From the NCBI GenBank assembly GCA_963817915.1, contig CAWFQL010000009.1, forward strand, positions 256,001-320,000: a stretch of 64,000 nucleotides of DNA. Direction: 5' to 3'. The translations under genes and the position numbers were made by a program. Position 1 is the first letter of the stretch. Each line of letters begins with the position of its first letter. Of this stretch, positions 28,200 to 37,124 are shown in pieces. A model generated the notes under the pieces. The model was given only the letters and a program-made list of their open reading frames with translations, was not told where the DNA came from and did not search any database. The DNA is from an uncultured candidate division Zixibacteria bacterium. GTDB taxonomy: Bacteria > Zixibacteria > MSB-5A5 > UBA10806.

Positions 28200-28676
28200 A
28201 TGGTCGCCAATAAAGAAAAACCCTCGGATGGCTTTAAAGTAATCGCTTCTAATCGTCGGGCCAGACATGATTACGAGATTATCGAGACCTACGAAGCGGG
28301 CCTATCGCTTGTGGGAAGCGAGGTTAAGTCGCTTAGGGACGGCAAGGCAAGCTTTAAGGATTCGTATGCGACTCCCAAGGGCAGCGAGATTTATCTTTTG
28401 AATTTTCATATCGCTCCATATGATAAGACCGGGTTCATCGGCCATGAACCCGAAAGGCCCCGCAAGCTGCTTTTGCATGATCGTGAGATCAAACGATTGA
28501 TTATCACGGTAGAAACCAAAGGTTTGACATTGATCCCGCTTCGCGTATATTTCAAAGGGAAATATGCCAAAGTCGAGATTGCGGTCTGCAGAGGGAAAAG
28601 GGCGTACGATAAACGGGCAGCCATCGCCGAGCGCGAGATCAATCGAGACATGCAAAGGCACATGAAACATTATTGA
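28200..28676 (+). CDS. smpB: SsrA-binding protein SmpB
   Basis: NRRARHDY, EAGLSLVGSEVKSLR, RKLLLH, KRAYDKR. Confidence 0.97.
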   Translation: MVANKEKPSDGFKVIASNRRARHDYEIIETYEAGLSLVGSEVKSLRDGKASFKDSYATPKGSEIYLLNFHIAPYDKTGFIGHEPERPRKLLLHDREIKRLIITVETKGLTLIPLRVYFKGKYAKVEIAVCRGKRAYDKRAAIAEREINRDMQRHMKHY

Positions 28677-28711
28677 TGAACATTCCAATAAATTGACTGT
28701 ATAATAAAAAA

Positions 28712-30169
28712 ATGAAATCTCTATTATTCCCTACGCTGCTGTTTTCTATTTTGATCGGATTAATCCCGCTTTCAGTCTACGCTGATAATCAGCAAGGCTC
28801 AATGGAATCGGTCGTAATCGACGGCGAATCATACGTAAAATCGTATTCATTGGCAAAATTCCTATCAGGAACCGAGAATATCGATTTCCCGAATAAAAGC
28901 GGCAAGATCGAATGCGCCGGATTTAAAATTGAGTACAATCTCTTTTCGACTTATATAAAGTCGGGCGAAAATATTTACAATATTTACAAGCCGGTGCTTT
29001 ATCAGGATGGATCATTTATCTTTCCGGTTAGATATTTGGTGCCGGTTTTAAATATGCTGTCGAGCAACAACTACTATTGGGATGGCAAAAATCTGCAAGA
29101 GTCCGCGCCGATCTGGAATGTGACCGGCATGAGTGTTTCGCGGAAATTGAATGGGCTCCTGGTTGAAATATATATGAAGGAGCCATTGAAATATAATGTG
29201 GTGGAAAACGAGGGAAATTGGCTGGTTATCACGATATCCGACGCTAATATCGATACTATGGCGTTTATGCTAGCCAATACAGAAAGAATATTTAATGAAA
29301 TAAAAGTTTATCAATTCGAAAATTCGGGGCAGATATCAATTAGATTGAAGTCGGGCGGATTTACGGTAAACACCAAACTGAAGGACAACCCCACTCGAAT
29401 TCAAATATTGATTCATGCTCCGGGAAGCCCCGACACAGCTCTTGTTCCTGAAAGCGAAAACACGCAGGAAACTCCATCCGACGCAATAAATATCGTAGTA
29501 ATCGACCCCGGCCATGGAGGAGACGATAACGGCGCTATAGGGAAATCCGGATTGAAAGAAAAGGATGTTGTTTTAAAAATAGCCAATTACCTTAATTCAC
29601 TTTTGAAGGATGACAGCCGTTTCAAGCCGATAATGACTCGTCAGGATGATGTTTTCGTGCCTTTATCCGACAGGACGGCGTTAGCTAATTCAGTTGGTGC
29701 GGATATTTTTATCTCTATACACGCCAACGCATCGCGTAACAAGAAGGCTGAGGGAGCGATGGCGTTCTTTCTGGCCGATGCCAAAAACGATGAAGCCAGG
29801 GCAGCCGCGACATTGGAAAATAATTCTATTAAATTTGAGAATGTCGAAAATCAAAAGCAATATTCAACTGATTTAGATTTTACTTTGAGAGATATGGTTC
29901 AGACAGAATTTCAGAGAGAATCGGCGGATTTGTCCGATATTATACAGAGGAAACTAACAGATATTACCGGGATAAACAGCCGGGGCGTGAATCAGGCCGG
30001 ATTTTTTGTTTTGGATAGGGCTTATATGACATCGGTGCTGGTCGAGACAGCATTCATATCAAACGCGCAGGACGAAAAGCGGCTCAAGGACGAAAAATTC
30101 CTCAAGCAGACCGCGCGGGCGATATATGAATCGATTATTGAATTCAAGGGAAAATATGAAAAACAATAA
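28712..30169 (+). CDS. amiC: N-acetylmuramoyl-L-alanine amidase (Amidase_3, AMIN-like N-terminus)
   Basis: VVIDPGHGG.D.GA, EKDVVL, FISIHANA, VLVETAFISN; signal peptide. Confidence 0.9.
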   Translation: MKSLLFPTLLFSILIGLIPLSVYADNQQGSMESVVIDGESYVKSYSLAKFLSGTENIDFPNKSGKIECAGFKIEYNLFSTYIKSGENIYNIYKPVLYQDGSFIFPVRYLVPVLNMLSSNNYYWDGKNLQESAPIWNVTGMSVSRKLNGLLVEIYMKEPLKYNVVENEGNWLVITISDANIDTMAFMLANTERIFNEIKVYQFENSGQISIRLKSGGFTVNTKLKDNPTRIQILIHAPGSPDTALVPESENTQETPSDAINIVVIDPGHGGDDNGAIGKSGLKEKDVVLKIANYLNSLLKDDSRFKPIMTRQDDVFVPLSDRTALANSVGADIFISIHANASRNKKAEGAMAFFLADAKNDEARAAATLENNSIKFENVENQKQYSTDLDFTLRDMVQTEFQRESADLSDIIQRKLTDITGINSRGVNQAGFFVLDRAYMTSVLVETAFISNAQDEKRLKDEKFLKQTARAIYESIIEFKGKYEKQ

Positions 30170-30980
30170 TGGCCATCAGAATAAAGCCATAGGGGTTTTC
30201 GATTCGGGGATTGGCGGACTTACGGTCGCAGGCGAGATTTTTAAGATATTGCCGTATGAGGACGTAATTTATTTTGGCGATACGGGCCGTTCGCCGTACG
30301 GGCCCCGCTCCCCTGAAATAGTTCGCAAATTTTCGAGGCAAGACGTTAATTTCCTAATTGAAAAAAGCGTGAAATTTATCGTTGTTGCCTGCAATACCGC
30401 CAGCGCGGCAGCATTGGATTATATAAAGAAAATCTACAATATCCCAATGATAGGAGTGATCGAGCCGGGGGCGAAGGCCGCCATCAATACAGCCAAAAAC
30501 GGTAGGATCGGCGTAATTGGAACACAAGGCACGATTTCATCCCAAAGCTATATAAAAGCGTTAAGGGCTTTCGATGGCAATTTGAAGATATATTCCAAGG
30601 CCTGTCCCCTGTTTGTGGCGTTGGCAGAAGATGGCTATCAGGATAAACCTGCCACAAAGCTTATTGCAGAAGATTATCTGGCGGAGTTCAGGAGCAAAAA
30701 GATCGATTCGTTAATCCTGGGCTGTACCCATTACCCGCTACTCAAAAAAGCGATCGCTTCGGTAATCGGGGATAATGTACGTCTGATAGATTCGGCTGAA
30801 GTCACGGCGCAGGCAACCAAGGATGCGTTAACTAAGCTTAATCTTCTGAATACCAGGCAGACACCGGGCAAGCGAAAATTCTATGTCTCCGATTCGCCCG
30901 AGAAATTCAAGAAACTCGGACAGCTTTTCCTGGGAAAACGGATCGGCAAGGTTGAACTGGTAGATATCACGATCTATTGA
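30156..30980 (+). CDS. murI: Glutamate racemase
   Basis: FDSGIGGLTV, PYG, VACNTAS, LGCTHYP. Confidence 0.97.
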   Translation: MKNNNGHQNKAIGVFDSGIGGLTVAGEIFKILPYEDVIYFGDTGRSPYGPRSPEIVRKFSRQDVNFLIEKSVKFIVVACNTASAAALDYIKKIYNIPMIGVIEPGAKAAINTAKNGRIGVIGTQGTISSQSYIKALRAFDGNLKIYSKACPLFVALAEDGYQDKPATKLIAEDYLAEFRSKKIDSLILGCTHYPLLKKAIASVIGDNVRLIDSAEVTAQATKDALTKLNLLNTRQTPGKRKFYVSDSPEKFKKLGQLFLGKRIGKVELVDITIY

Positions 30981-31006
30981 GATTCTATTATTTCTTATCT
31001 TGGAAA

Positions 31007-31608
31007 ATGTCAAAACTTTTATTAGCTACAAACAATCTCCATAAGATCAAAGAGATTAAGGATATTCTCAAGGGGAGTTCAATTGAGATTCTTTCGGCCA
31101 AGGATTTTGAAGATTTTCCTGAGATTGATGAAAACGGCGAAACACTGGAGGAAAATGCCTCGATAAAAGCGAAGAGCAATATGGGAGACAATATCGTCTT
31201 CCATGTCTGGCTGACGACACCGGACTTGAGGTCGAGTATCTTGATGGCGCGCCAGGGGTCTATTCGGCTCGTTTCGCGGGGCCGAATTGCAGCTACGACG
31301 ACAATAATCGCAGGTTAATGTCGCTAATGGAGGGTGTGCCTGCTGAGAAGCGCAGCGCTCAATTCAGGTGCGTGATGGCATTGGCGGATACGAATGGCAG
31401 GATTTGGACAGCTGATGGGAAACTTGAGGGTTGGATTGGATTTGAGAAACGCGGCGATAACGGGTTTGGATATGATCCTATCTTCATGGTTACCGGAATG
31501 GACAAATCGTTGGCGGAATTGTCATTGGATGAGAAAAACAGGATTTCCCATCGAAGCCGGGCGTTGGAGAAGATAAGGCCGATAATACTCGAGGTCTTAA
31601 CGAAGTAA
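31007..31608 (+). CDS. rdgB: Non-canonical purine NTP pyrophosphatase RdgB/HAM1, frameshifted at ~31175-31190
   Basis: LATNNLHKIKE...ENASIKA in one frame; LPCLADDTGLEV...GAPGVYSAR...GFGYDPIF...KNRISHR in another. Confidence 0.9.
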
Positions 31609-31612
31609 ATTA

Positions 31613-31846
31613 GTGGCAGGTCACGCCCGCCTGCGGCGGACTACGATCGGCATCCAGTGGCCGGTATATTTGCGAGTCAAGATGGAATCTGCAATACCAA
31701 GAAAAAAAAACATGCTCTGGATTCCGGCTCGGGGGCCGGAATGACAAGTTTTCTTAATAGAATTTCTATTGCGTGGCAGTCGTCACCGACTTCCCCGAAA
31801 GAAATCCAAGGGGCAGCTGCGGACAGCTGCCGCCCAGAATTATGAG
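31613..31846. repeat. Cluster of mixed REP-like hairpins
   Basis: CCGCCTGCGGCGG (31627), CTGGATTCCGGC..GCCGGAATGAC (31717), GGCAGTCG..CGACTTCC (~31775), GGCAGCTG..CAGCTGCC (~31812). Confidence 0.65.
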
Positions 31847-31909
31847 ACCTAAGATACATTTGATTCTTGACCGGCGAAAATTTTAGGATATATTAGGATT
31901 TTGGACGAA

Positions 31910-31983
31910 CGGGGTGTGGCGCAGCCCGGTAGCGCACTTGGTTTGGGACCAAGGTGTCGGAGGTTCAAATCCTCTCACCCCGA
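31910..31983 (+). tRNA. tRNA-Pro(TGG)
   Basis: CGGGGTG acceptor, CTTGG-TTTGGGA-CCAAG, GGTTCAAATCC; TTGACC-16-TATATT promoter upstream; no CCA. Confidence 0.95.
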
Positions 31984-32033
31984 TTTTGTTTAAAAATAAC
32001 GTGAAGTCGAGAATCGATTCTGACCGGCCAATA

Positions 32034-32055
32034 TGTCGGGTCAGGCGACCCGACA
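32034..32055. repeat. Family A REP between tRNA genes
   Basis: TGTCGGGTC-AGGC-GACCCGACA. Confidence 0.9.
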
Positions 32056-32074
32056 CCACGTCAAGATATTATCT

Positions 32075-32148
32075 GCCCGCGTAGCTCATCTGGATAGAGC
32101 ATCTGCCTTCTAAGCAGGTGGTAGCAGGTTCGAGCCCTGCCGCGGGTA
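32075..32148 (+). tRNA. tRNA-Arg(TCT)
   Basis: GCCCGCG acceptor, CTGC-CTTCTAA-GCAG, GGTTCGAGCCC; no CCA. Confidence 0.95.
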
Positions 32149-32203
32149 TTCTTGAATGCTATTGTATTTGCAGATAGATTTTACAATTAAAGATAATTAT
32201 TAC

Positions 32204-32277
32204 GCCCCCGTAGCTCATTTGGATAGAGCATCTGCCTTCGAAGCAGTGGGTAGCAGGTTCGACTCCTGTCGGGGGTA
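32204..32277 (+). tRNA. tRNA-Arg(TCG)
   Basis: GCCCCCG acceptor, CTGC-CTTCGAA-GCAG, GGTTCGACTCC; no CCA. Confidence 0.93.
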
Positions 32278-32323
32278 AAGATATTTTGGAGGTCAGGAAA
32301 GGATTCCTGACCTCGCTTTAGAT

Positions 32324-32863
32324 ATGAATTCCATTTTACAGAAATTAATCGGCGGCGATTTTCGTTCGATCGGAAAATCGAATGAAGTGGTCGCTATAGT
32401 TTTATCTAATCCTCTGCTATTTCCCGAACTGTTTGCCGGGTTATTCGTAGATGACCCATTGGTGCGGATGAGGGCCGCGGACTCGATCGAGAAGATAACG
32501 TTAAATAAGCCTGAACTACTCCAAAAATATAAACGACAAATATTCGATAAAGCATCATTAATCGAACAGCAGGAAGTGCAATGGCATATCGCGCAGATTA
32601 TTCCGCGGCTGAAACTTTCCAAGTCCGATATGGCGAAAGCGCTGAAAATACTCGATTCATATTTGAAGACTACGAAAAGCAATATTGTATGCGTCATGTC
32701 CTTGCAGGCATTAGCGGAATTGGCGATGCAAGGTACTCTAAATATAGATGAGATTATAAAAAGAATTAAAATATATGCGAAGCAAGTCAATACGCCATCG
32801 GTTACCGCGAGATCGAGAAAGCTTATTAAAATGCTGGAATCACCGAGCCGCAAAACGGCGTAA
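32324..32863 (+). CDS. HEAT/ARM-repeat-like hypothetical protein
   Basis: GGDFRSIG, DDPLVRMRAADSIEK, EVQWHIAQIIPRL: helical-repeat pattern. Confidence 0.75.
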   Translation: MNSILQKLIGGDFRSIGKSNEVVAIVLSNPLLFPELFAGLFVDDPLVRMRAADSIEKITLNKPELLQKYKRQIFDKASLIEQQEVQWHIAQIIPRLKLSKSDMAKALKILDSYLKTTKSNIVCVMSLQALAELAMQGTLNIDEIIKRIKIYAKQVNTPSVTARSRKLIKMLESPSRKTA

Positions 32864-32880
32864 TATTTAAGGGAAATAAT

Positions 32881-33081
32881 ATGATTAAATTCCTGCTATG
32901 GCTGATATTGTTCGTGATTTGCTGGCCATTGGCTCTGCTGGCATTGATATTGTATCCATTCATTTGGATTCTAATGCTGCCGTTTCGCTTGATCGGGATA
33001 ACGGTCACCGGTGTATTTGAGCTGATAAAGGCGATAATCATGCTGCCATCGAGAGTGCTGGCGGGACGAAAGAATCTGTAG
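32881..33081 (+). CDS. Small membrane protein
   Basis: 66 aa, hydrophobic; CWPLALLALILYP..W...LPFRL.G pattern; AAGGGA SD. Confidence 0.7.
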   Translation: MIKFLLWLILFVICWPLALLALILYPFIWILMLPFRLIGITVTGVFELIKAIIMLPSRVLAGRKNL

Positions 33082-33088
33082 AAATTGC

Positions 33089-33161
33089 CGTCAGGAAAGG
33101 ATTCCTGACGCGCATCAATAAATAAGGCGGAACCATCCGCCTGCGGCGGATTCCGCCCTAC
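33089..33161. repeat. REP-like pair
   Basis: GTCAGGAA-AGGA-TTCCTGACGCGCA (also at 32292 and ~33580) and GGCGGAA..CCGCCTGCGGCGG..TTCCGCCCTAC. Confidence 0.8.
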
Positions 33162-33178
33162 TCTCAATCGCAAAAAAT

Positions 33179-33430
33179 CTACCGGCCTTCTTTGACCTCG
33201 ATGATCTCATCGGCGACAAGCCCGTGAGCCTGGCGATGAACCATCTCGCCTGCTTCACTATTTGGCGCTTCGAATAAGCAGAATACTGTCCCATCACCTT
33301 CGTTATACCAATATTTCAGGTAGTTCACCCCGTACTGCTTCTGGGTTTGAACATCTTTGCGGTGCGCGTCAGCAACCGCTTCGGCTGTTAAGCCATTTAC
33401 GTTTTTGTGAATATCCATGTACAGTGGCAT
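33179..33430 (-). CDS. DUF4242/SCO4226-like (nickel-binding) protein
   Basis: MPLYMDIH...VADAHRKD...YW...FCLFEAP...VHRQAHGLVADEIIEV; AAGGAGG SD. Confidence 0.88.
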   Translation of the reverse strand: MPLYMDIHKNVNGLTAEAVADAHRKDVQTQKQYGVNYLKYWYNEGDGTVFCLFEAPNSEAGEMVHRQAHGLVADEIIEVKEGR

Positions 33431-33545
33431 TTCGCCTCCTTTTGGTTAATGCCCTAAAAATGTAAATATGTGAACGAAGGCGCATTTTATAAAGTTCCTG
33501 ATAATAAAATAGGATATGCGGGCGGTGGGCAATTGAAAATCAAAA

Positions 33546-33723
33546 GTGCGCTTTTTCAAACGCCCCTACAAATAACAGAGGTCAGGAAGGGATTCCTAAC
33601 CTCGCATCTATGTGAGGGTTTGATTAATCAAACCCTTACAAATTTCTGTTTATTGTCGGGTGCGGAGACCCGACGACACATGCCAATTTCTGTTTATTGT
33701 TGGTTCGCGGGACTCGACGACAC
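33546..33723. repeat. Mosaic array of five REP-like hairpins
   Basis: ...CGCCCCTAC (33546-69), GTCAGGAA.. (33578-606), GGGTTTGA..TCAAACCCTTAC (33615-39), then a tandem duplication AATTTCTGTTTATTGT-REP-CGACGACAC (33641-79, 33685-723). Confidence 0.8.
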
Positions 33724-33736
33724 TCTCCAAATTAAT

Positions 33737-35356
33737 TTATCCTAAAAATGGATATTTGTAATCGGTGGGCGGGACGAAATTCTCTTTGATCGTCCGCGGC
33801 GATGTCCAACGAATCATATTGAGCAGACTGCCGGCCTTGTCGTTGGTACCGGATGCTCTGGCGCCGCCAAATGGCTGTTGGCCGACTACCGCGCCGGTCG
33901 GTTTGTCGTTGATATAGAAATTACCGGCGGCGTGGCGAAGCTTTGTCATTACCTCTATTACGGCCTGTCTATCTCTGGCGAAGACTGCGCCGGTAAGAGC
34001 ATATGTCGATGTATTATTGCAGAGCTCGATTGTCTCGCTGAATTTGGCATCATCGTATACATAGACAGCCATGACCGGGCCAAATATTTCCTCTTCCAGC
34101 AATTTGAAATGAGGATTAGATGTTAATACCAAAGTAGGCTCGATAAAATATCCCTTGGAATCATCGCATTTGCCGCCGAAAACGATCTCGGCCTCGTTGG
34201 AGTTTTTGGCAAAATCGATAAAGGATTTGATCGTATCAAATGCGTCTTTGTCTATGACGGCGTTGATGAAGTTGGTGAAATCATCGGGAGCTCCCATTTT
34301 CATTTCTTTGGAATTGGCAACAAGGATATCCTTGATCTTTGGCCAGAGCGATTTGGGGATATACGATCTTGAGGCCGCGGAGCATTTCTGCCCCTGATAT
34401 TCGAACGCGCCGCGAGTTATCGCCGTAGCAACCTGCGCGACATCGGCGGAATTATGCACAAATATAAAATCCTTGCCGCCGGTCTCCCCTACTATACGAG
34501 GATATGATTTATATTTTTCGATATTCTGGCCAATCGTGCGCCAAATCATTTGGAAGACACTGGTGCTGCCCGTAAAATGGACGCCTGCAAGCTCGGGATG
34601 TTTTAAGATAAGCTCGCCGACATCACTGCCGCGCGCGGTGATCATATTGATCACGCCGTCGGGAAGGCCAGCTTCTTTAAATATTCTCATGATTAATTGA
34701 GCTGTATAAATGACGCTGGAGGCAGGTTTCCAGACAACAGTATTGCCCATGATTGCCGGAGCCGCGGGCAAATTTCCGCCGATTGATACAAAATTGAATG
34801 GAGTTACCGCAAAGACAAATCCTTCGAGCGGACGGTAATCCATGCGATTCCAGGTTTGAGGTGAATTTACTGGCTGCATATTGAAAATCTGCTCGGCGAA
34901 ATAGACATTATAGCGGAAGAAATCGGCCAGCTCGACTACAGCGTCGATTTCAGCCTGGAAAACATTTTTATCGTGAGAAAGCATCGTAGCGGCATTCATC
35001 TCAGCGCGATACGGCCCCGCGAGTAGGTCTGCGGCCTTTAGGAAGATCGAGGCTCTATCGGCCCACGGCATGGCTTCCCAGGCTGGTTTCGCCTTGAGCG
35101 CGGCTGCCACGGCGGATTCTACTTCGTTTTTTCCACCTTTATAATAGTACCCAAGAATCTGCTTGTGATCATGCGGCATTGTCATAGCGACCTTATCCGC
35201 AGTCTTGATTTCCTTACCGCCGATTATCATAGGGGCATCTATCTGCATGCCCTTGAGCTTATTTAATGCATCGATTAGCTTGGCCCGTTCCGGTGAGCCG
35301 GGAGCATACGCCAGAATCGTTTCATTAACAGGTATCGGAACTTTGAAATTGCCCAT
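33737..35356 (-). CDS. pruA: L-glutamate gamma-semialdehyde (P5C) dehydrogenase
   Basis: YRPLEGFV..VTPFNF, FTGST, GETGGKDF, FEYQGQKCSA, EEIFGP, NDKPTGAVVGQQPFGG; ATG 35356 follows GGAGG. Confidence 0.95.
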   Translation of the reverse strand: MGNFKVPIPVNETILAYAPGSPERAKLIDALNKLKGMQIDAPMIIGGKEIKTADKVAMTMPHDHKQILGYYYKGGKNEVESAVAAALKAKPAWEAMPWADRASIFLKAADLLAGPYRAEMNAATMLSHDKNVFQAEIDAVVELADFFRYNVYFAEQIFNMQPVNSPQTWNRMDYRPLEGFVFAVTPFNFVSIGGNLPAAPAIMGNTVVWKPASSVIYTAQLIMRIFKEAGLPDGVINMITARGSDVGELILKHPELAGVHFTGSTSVFQMIWRTIGQNIEKYKSYPRIVGETGGKDFIFVHNSADVAQVATAITRGAFEYQGQKCSAASRSYIPKSLWPKIKDILVANSKEMKMGAPDDFTNFINAVIDKDAFDTIKSFIDFAKNSNEAEIVFGGKCDDSKGYFIEPTLVLTSNPHFKLLEEEIFGPVMAVYVYDDAKFSETIELCNNTSTYALTGAVFARDRQAVIEVMTKLRHAAGNFYINDKPTGAVVGQQPFGGARASGTNDKAGSLLNMIRWTSPRTIKENFVPPTDYKYPFLG

Positions 35357-35480
35357 TTTATCCTCCAAAAATCAAAGAAAGCATCTTAAAACAACTCCAA
35401 TAAATTTCATCAACGTTATAATATTTGTTAATGTTCCATAGTCAAGGGATTAATGGGGAATTCAGGCAAGTCACTTTAGA

Positions 35481-35579
35481 TGTCATTGCGAGGAGTCCGG
35501 CAGCCGCCGGACAAAGAAGCAATCTGAAGGCTGCTACCCACAGATTGCTTCGTCCGCCTGTGGCGGACTCGCAATGACA
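35481..35579. repeat. Second TGTCATTGCGAG...CTCGCAATGACA element
   Basis: Same arms as 5028-5124, inverted, with a different second apical hairpin. Confidence 0.9.
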
Positions 35580-35638
35580 TTTTCTGCAATATGAAATATC
35601 GAGAAAATTCTTGAATTATGAAATTAGAATTCCGGAAA

Positions 35639-36349
35639 TTAGTTTTCGCCGAGGTAGGCCTTGCGCACTTGTTCATTCTGGGCGATTTCGGAGGCAGGCC
35701 CATGAATAACTATATTCCCGGTTTCAAGCACATATCCATGATGGGCAATTTTCAAGGCGAAGTGAGCGTTCTGTTCAACCAGCAAAATTGTCATACCGAG
35801 TTGGATATTGATTTCCTGAATTGCCTTGAATATGGCCTTCACCAAAATTGGGCCGATGCCCAGAGACGGCTCATCGAGTAAAAGCATTTTGGGCCGCGCC
35901 ATCAGCGCTCGGCCAATTGCAAGCATTTGCTGTTCGCCGCCTGAGAGAGTGCCGCCGGGCTGTTTTATTCTTTCTTGGAGTCTTGGGAAAAGAGTAAACA
36001 CGAAATTCAAATCATCGGCTATAGCGAGTTTATCTTTTCGCAAATAGGCGCCCATTTCGAGATTTTCTTTGACAGTCAGGTTGGCGAATATCATTCTGCC
36101 TTCGGGGGCGTGCGAGATACCGGCCGCGACAATCTTATGGGCCTTCATTCCGGATATATCGACACCATCGAAAAAGATTTCGCCGCTTACGGGCTTAATC
36201 AGACCGGAGATTGTCCGAAGCGTGGTGCTCTTGCCCGCACCATTGGCGCCTAAAAGAGTGACAATCTTACCATCCTCCACCAGGACTGAAATGCCTTTGA
36301 TGGCCGAGATCGCCCCGTAATTAACATGCAGGTTTTGAATTTTTAGCAT
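35639..36349 (-). CDS. livF: Branched-chain amino acid ABC ATPase
   Basis: GANGAGKS, LSGGEQQM, LDEPSLG. Confidence 0.95.
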   Translation of the reverse strand: MLKIQNLHVNYGAISAIKGISVLVEDGKIVTLLGANGAGKSTTLRTISGLIKPVSGEIFFDGVDISGMKAHKIVAAGISHAPEGRMIFANLTVKENLEMGAYLRKDKLAIADDLNFVFTLFPRLQERIKQPGGTLSGGEQQMLAIGRALMARPKMLLLDEPSLGIGPILVKAIFKAIQEINIQLGMTILLVEQNAHFALKIAHHGYVLETGNIVIHGPASEIAQNEQVRKAYLGEN

Positions 36350-36351
36350 CG

Positions 36352-37119
36352 CTAAGTTACCTGCTCTCCGAGGTAGGCCTCGATGACCTTAGGATTTTTT
36401 TGGATTTCATCCGGCGGCCCTTCGGCAATTTTCACTCCGTAGTCCAAGACAATTACTCGTTCGCAGATACCCATGACGACTTTCATGTCGTGTTCGATCA
36501 TCAGGATCGCGATATTGAATTTTTCGCGTATCGATTTAATCAGATTCATGAGCTCGACTTTTTCGCTGGGATTTAGCCCTGCCGCGGGCTCATCGAGGAG
36601 AAGCAATTTGGGATTTGTTGCCAAGCCTCGGACGATTTCAAGACGCCGTTGCGAGCCGTAAGGAAGCGAAGTCGATTGCTCATTGCCGAAAGTATTGAGA
36701 TCGAAGATTTCGAGAATGCTTAGTATATTGTCCCTGATTTTATCCTCTTCCTTGTGGCAACTTTCCATTCCCAGGGCAGCTTGCATGAATCCGTATTTGA
36801 TTAATTTGGTTTGCGAAACCTGCGCGCTTTCGAAAACCGATAACGATGGGCATAGCCTGATATTCTGGAACGTGCGTGTTACTCCGCGCCGGGCGATAAG
36901 ATACGGCTTGAGTCCGATCAGAGATTTATCTTCGAAAGAAATATTACCCGAAGTTGGCTTATAGAAACCTGTTACCATATTGAATACGGTCGTCTTCCCG
37001 GCGCCATTAGGACCGATAAGACCGATGAGATCATTAGAACCGACATCGAAGGAAAGGTTCGAGACGGCGGTCAGCCCGCCAAATTGCATTGTGCAGTCTT
37101 GAAATGATAACAACGCCAT
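36352..37119 (-). CDS. livG: Branched-chain amino acid ABC ATPase
   Basis: GPNGAGKT, RTFQNIRL, LPYG, LDEPAAG, IEHDM, EAYLG. Confidence 0.95.
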   Translation of the reverse strand: MALLSFQDCTMQFGGLTAVSNLSFDVGSNDLIGLIGPNGAGKTTVFNMVTGFYKPTSGNISFEDKSLIGLKPYLIARRGVTRTFQNIRLCPSLSVFESAQVSQTKLIKYGFMQAALGMESCHKEEDKIRDNILSILEIFDLNTFGNEQSTSLPYGSQRRLEIVRGLATNPKLLLLDEPAAGLNPSEKVELMNLIKSIREKFNIAILMIEHDMKVVMGICERVIVLDYGVKIAEGPPDEIQKNPKVIEAYLGEQVT

Positions 37120-37124
37120 CTATC

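Noticed and set aside
28115..28712. tmRNA next to smpB
   Set aside because: The flanking spacers are too short, and no GGGG...TCCACCA tRNA-like ends were seen.
33546..33723. CRISPR array
   Set aside because: The repeats are heterogeneous, spacing is irregular, and no cas genes are present.
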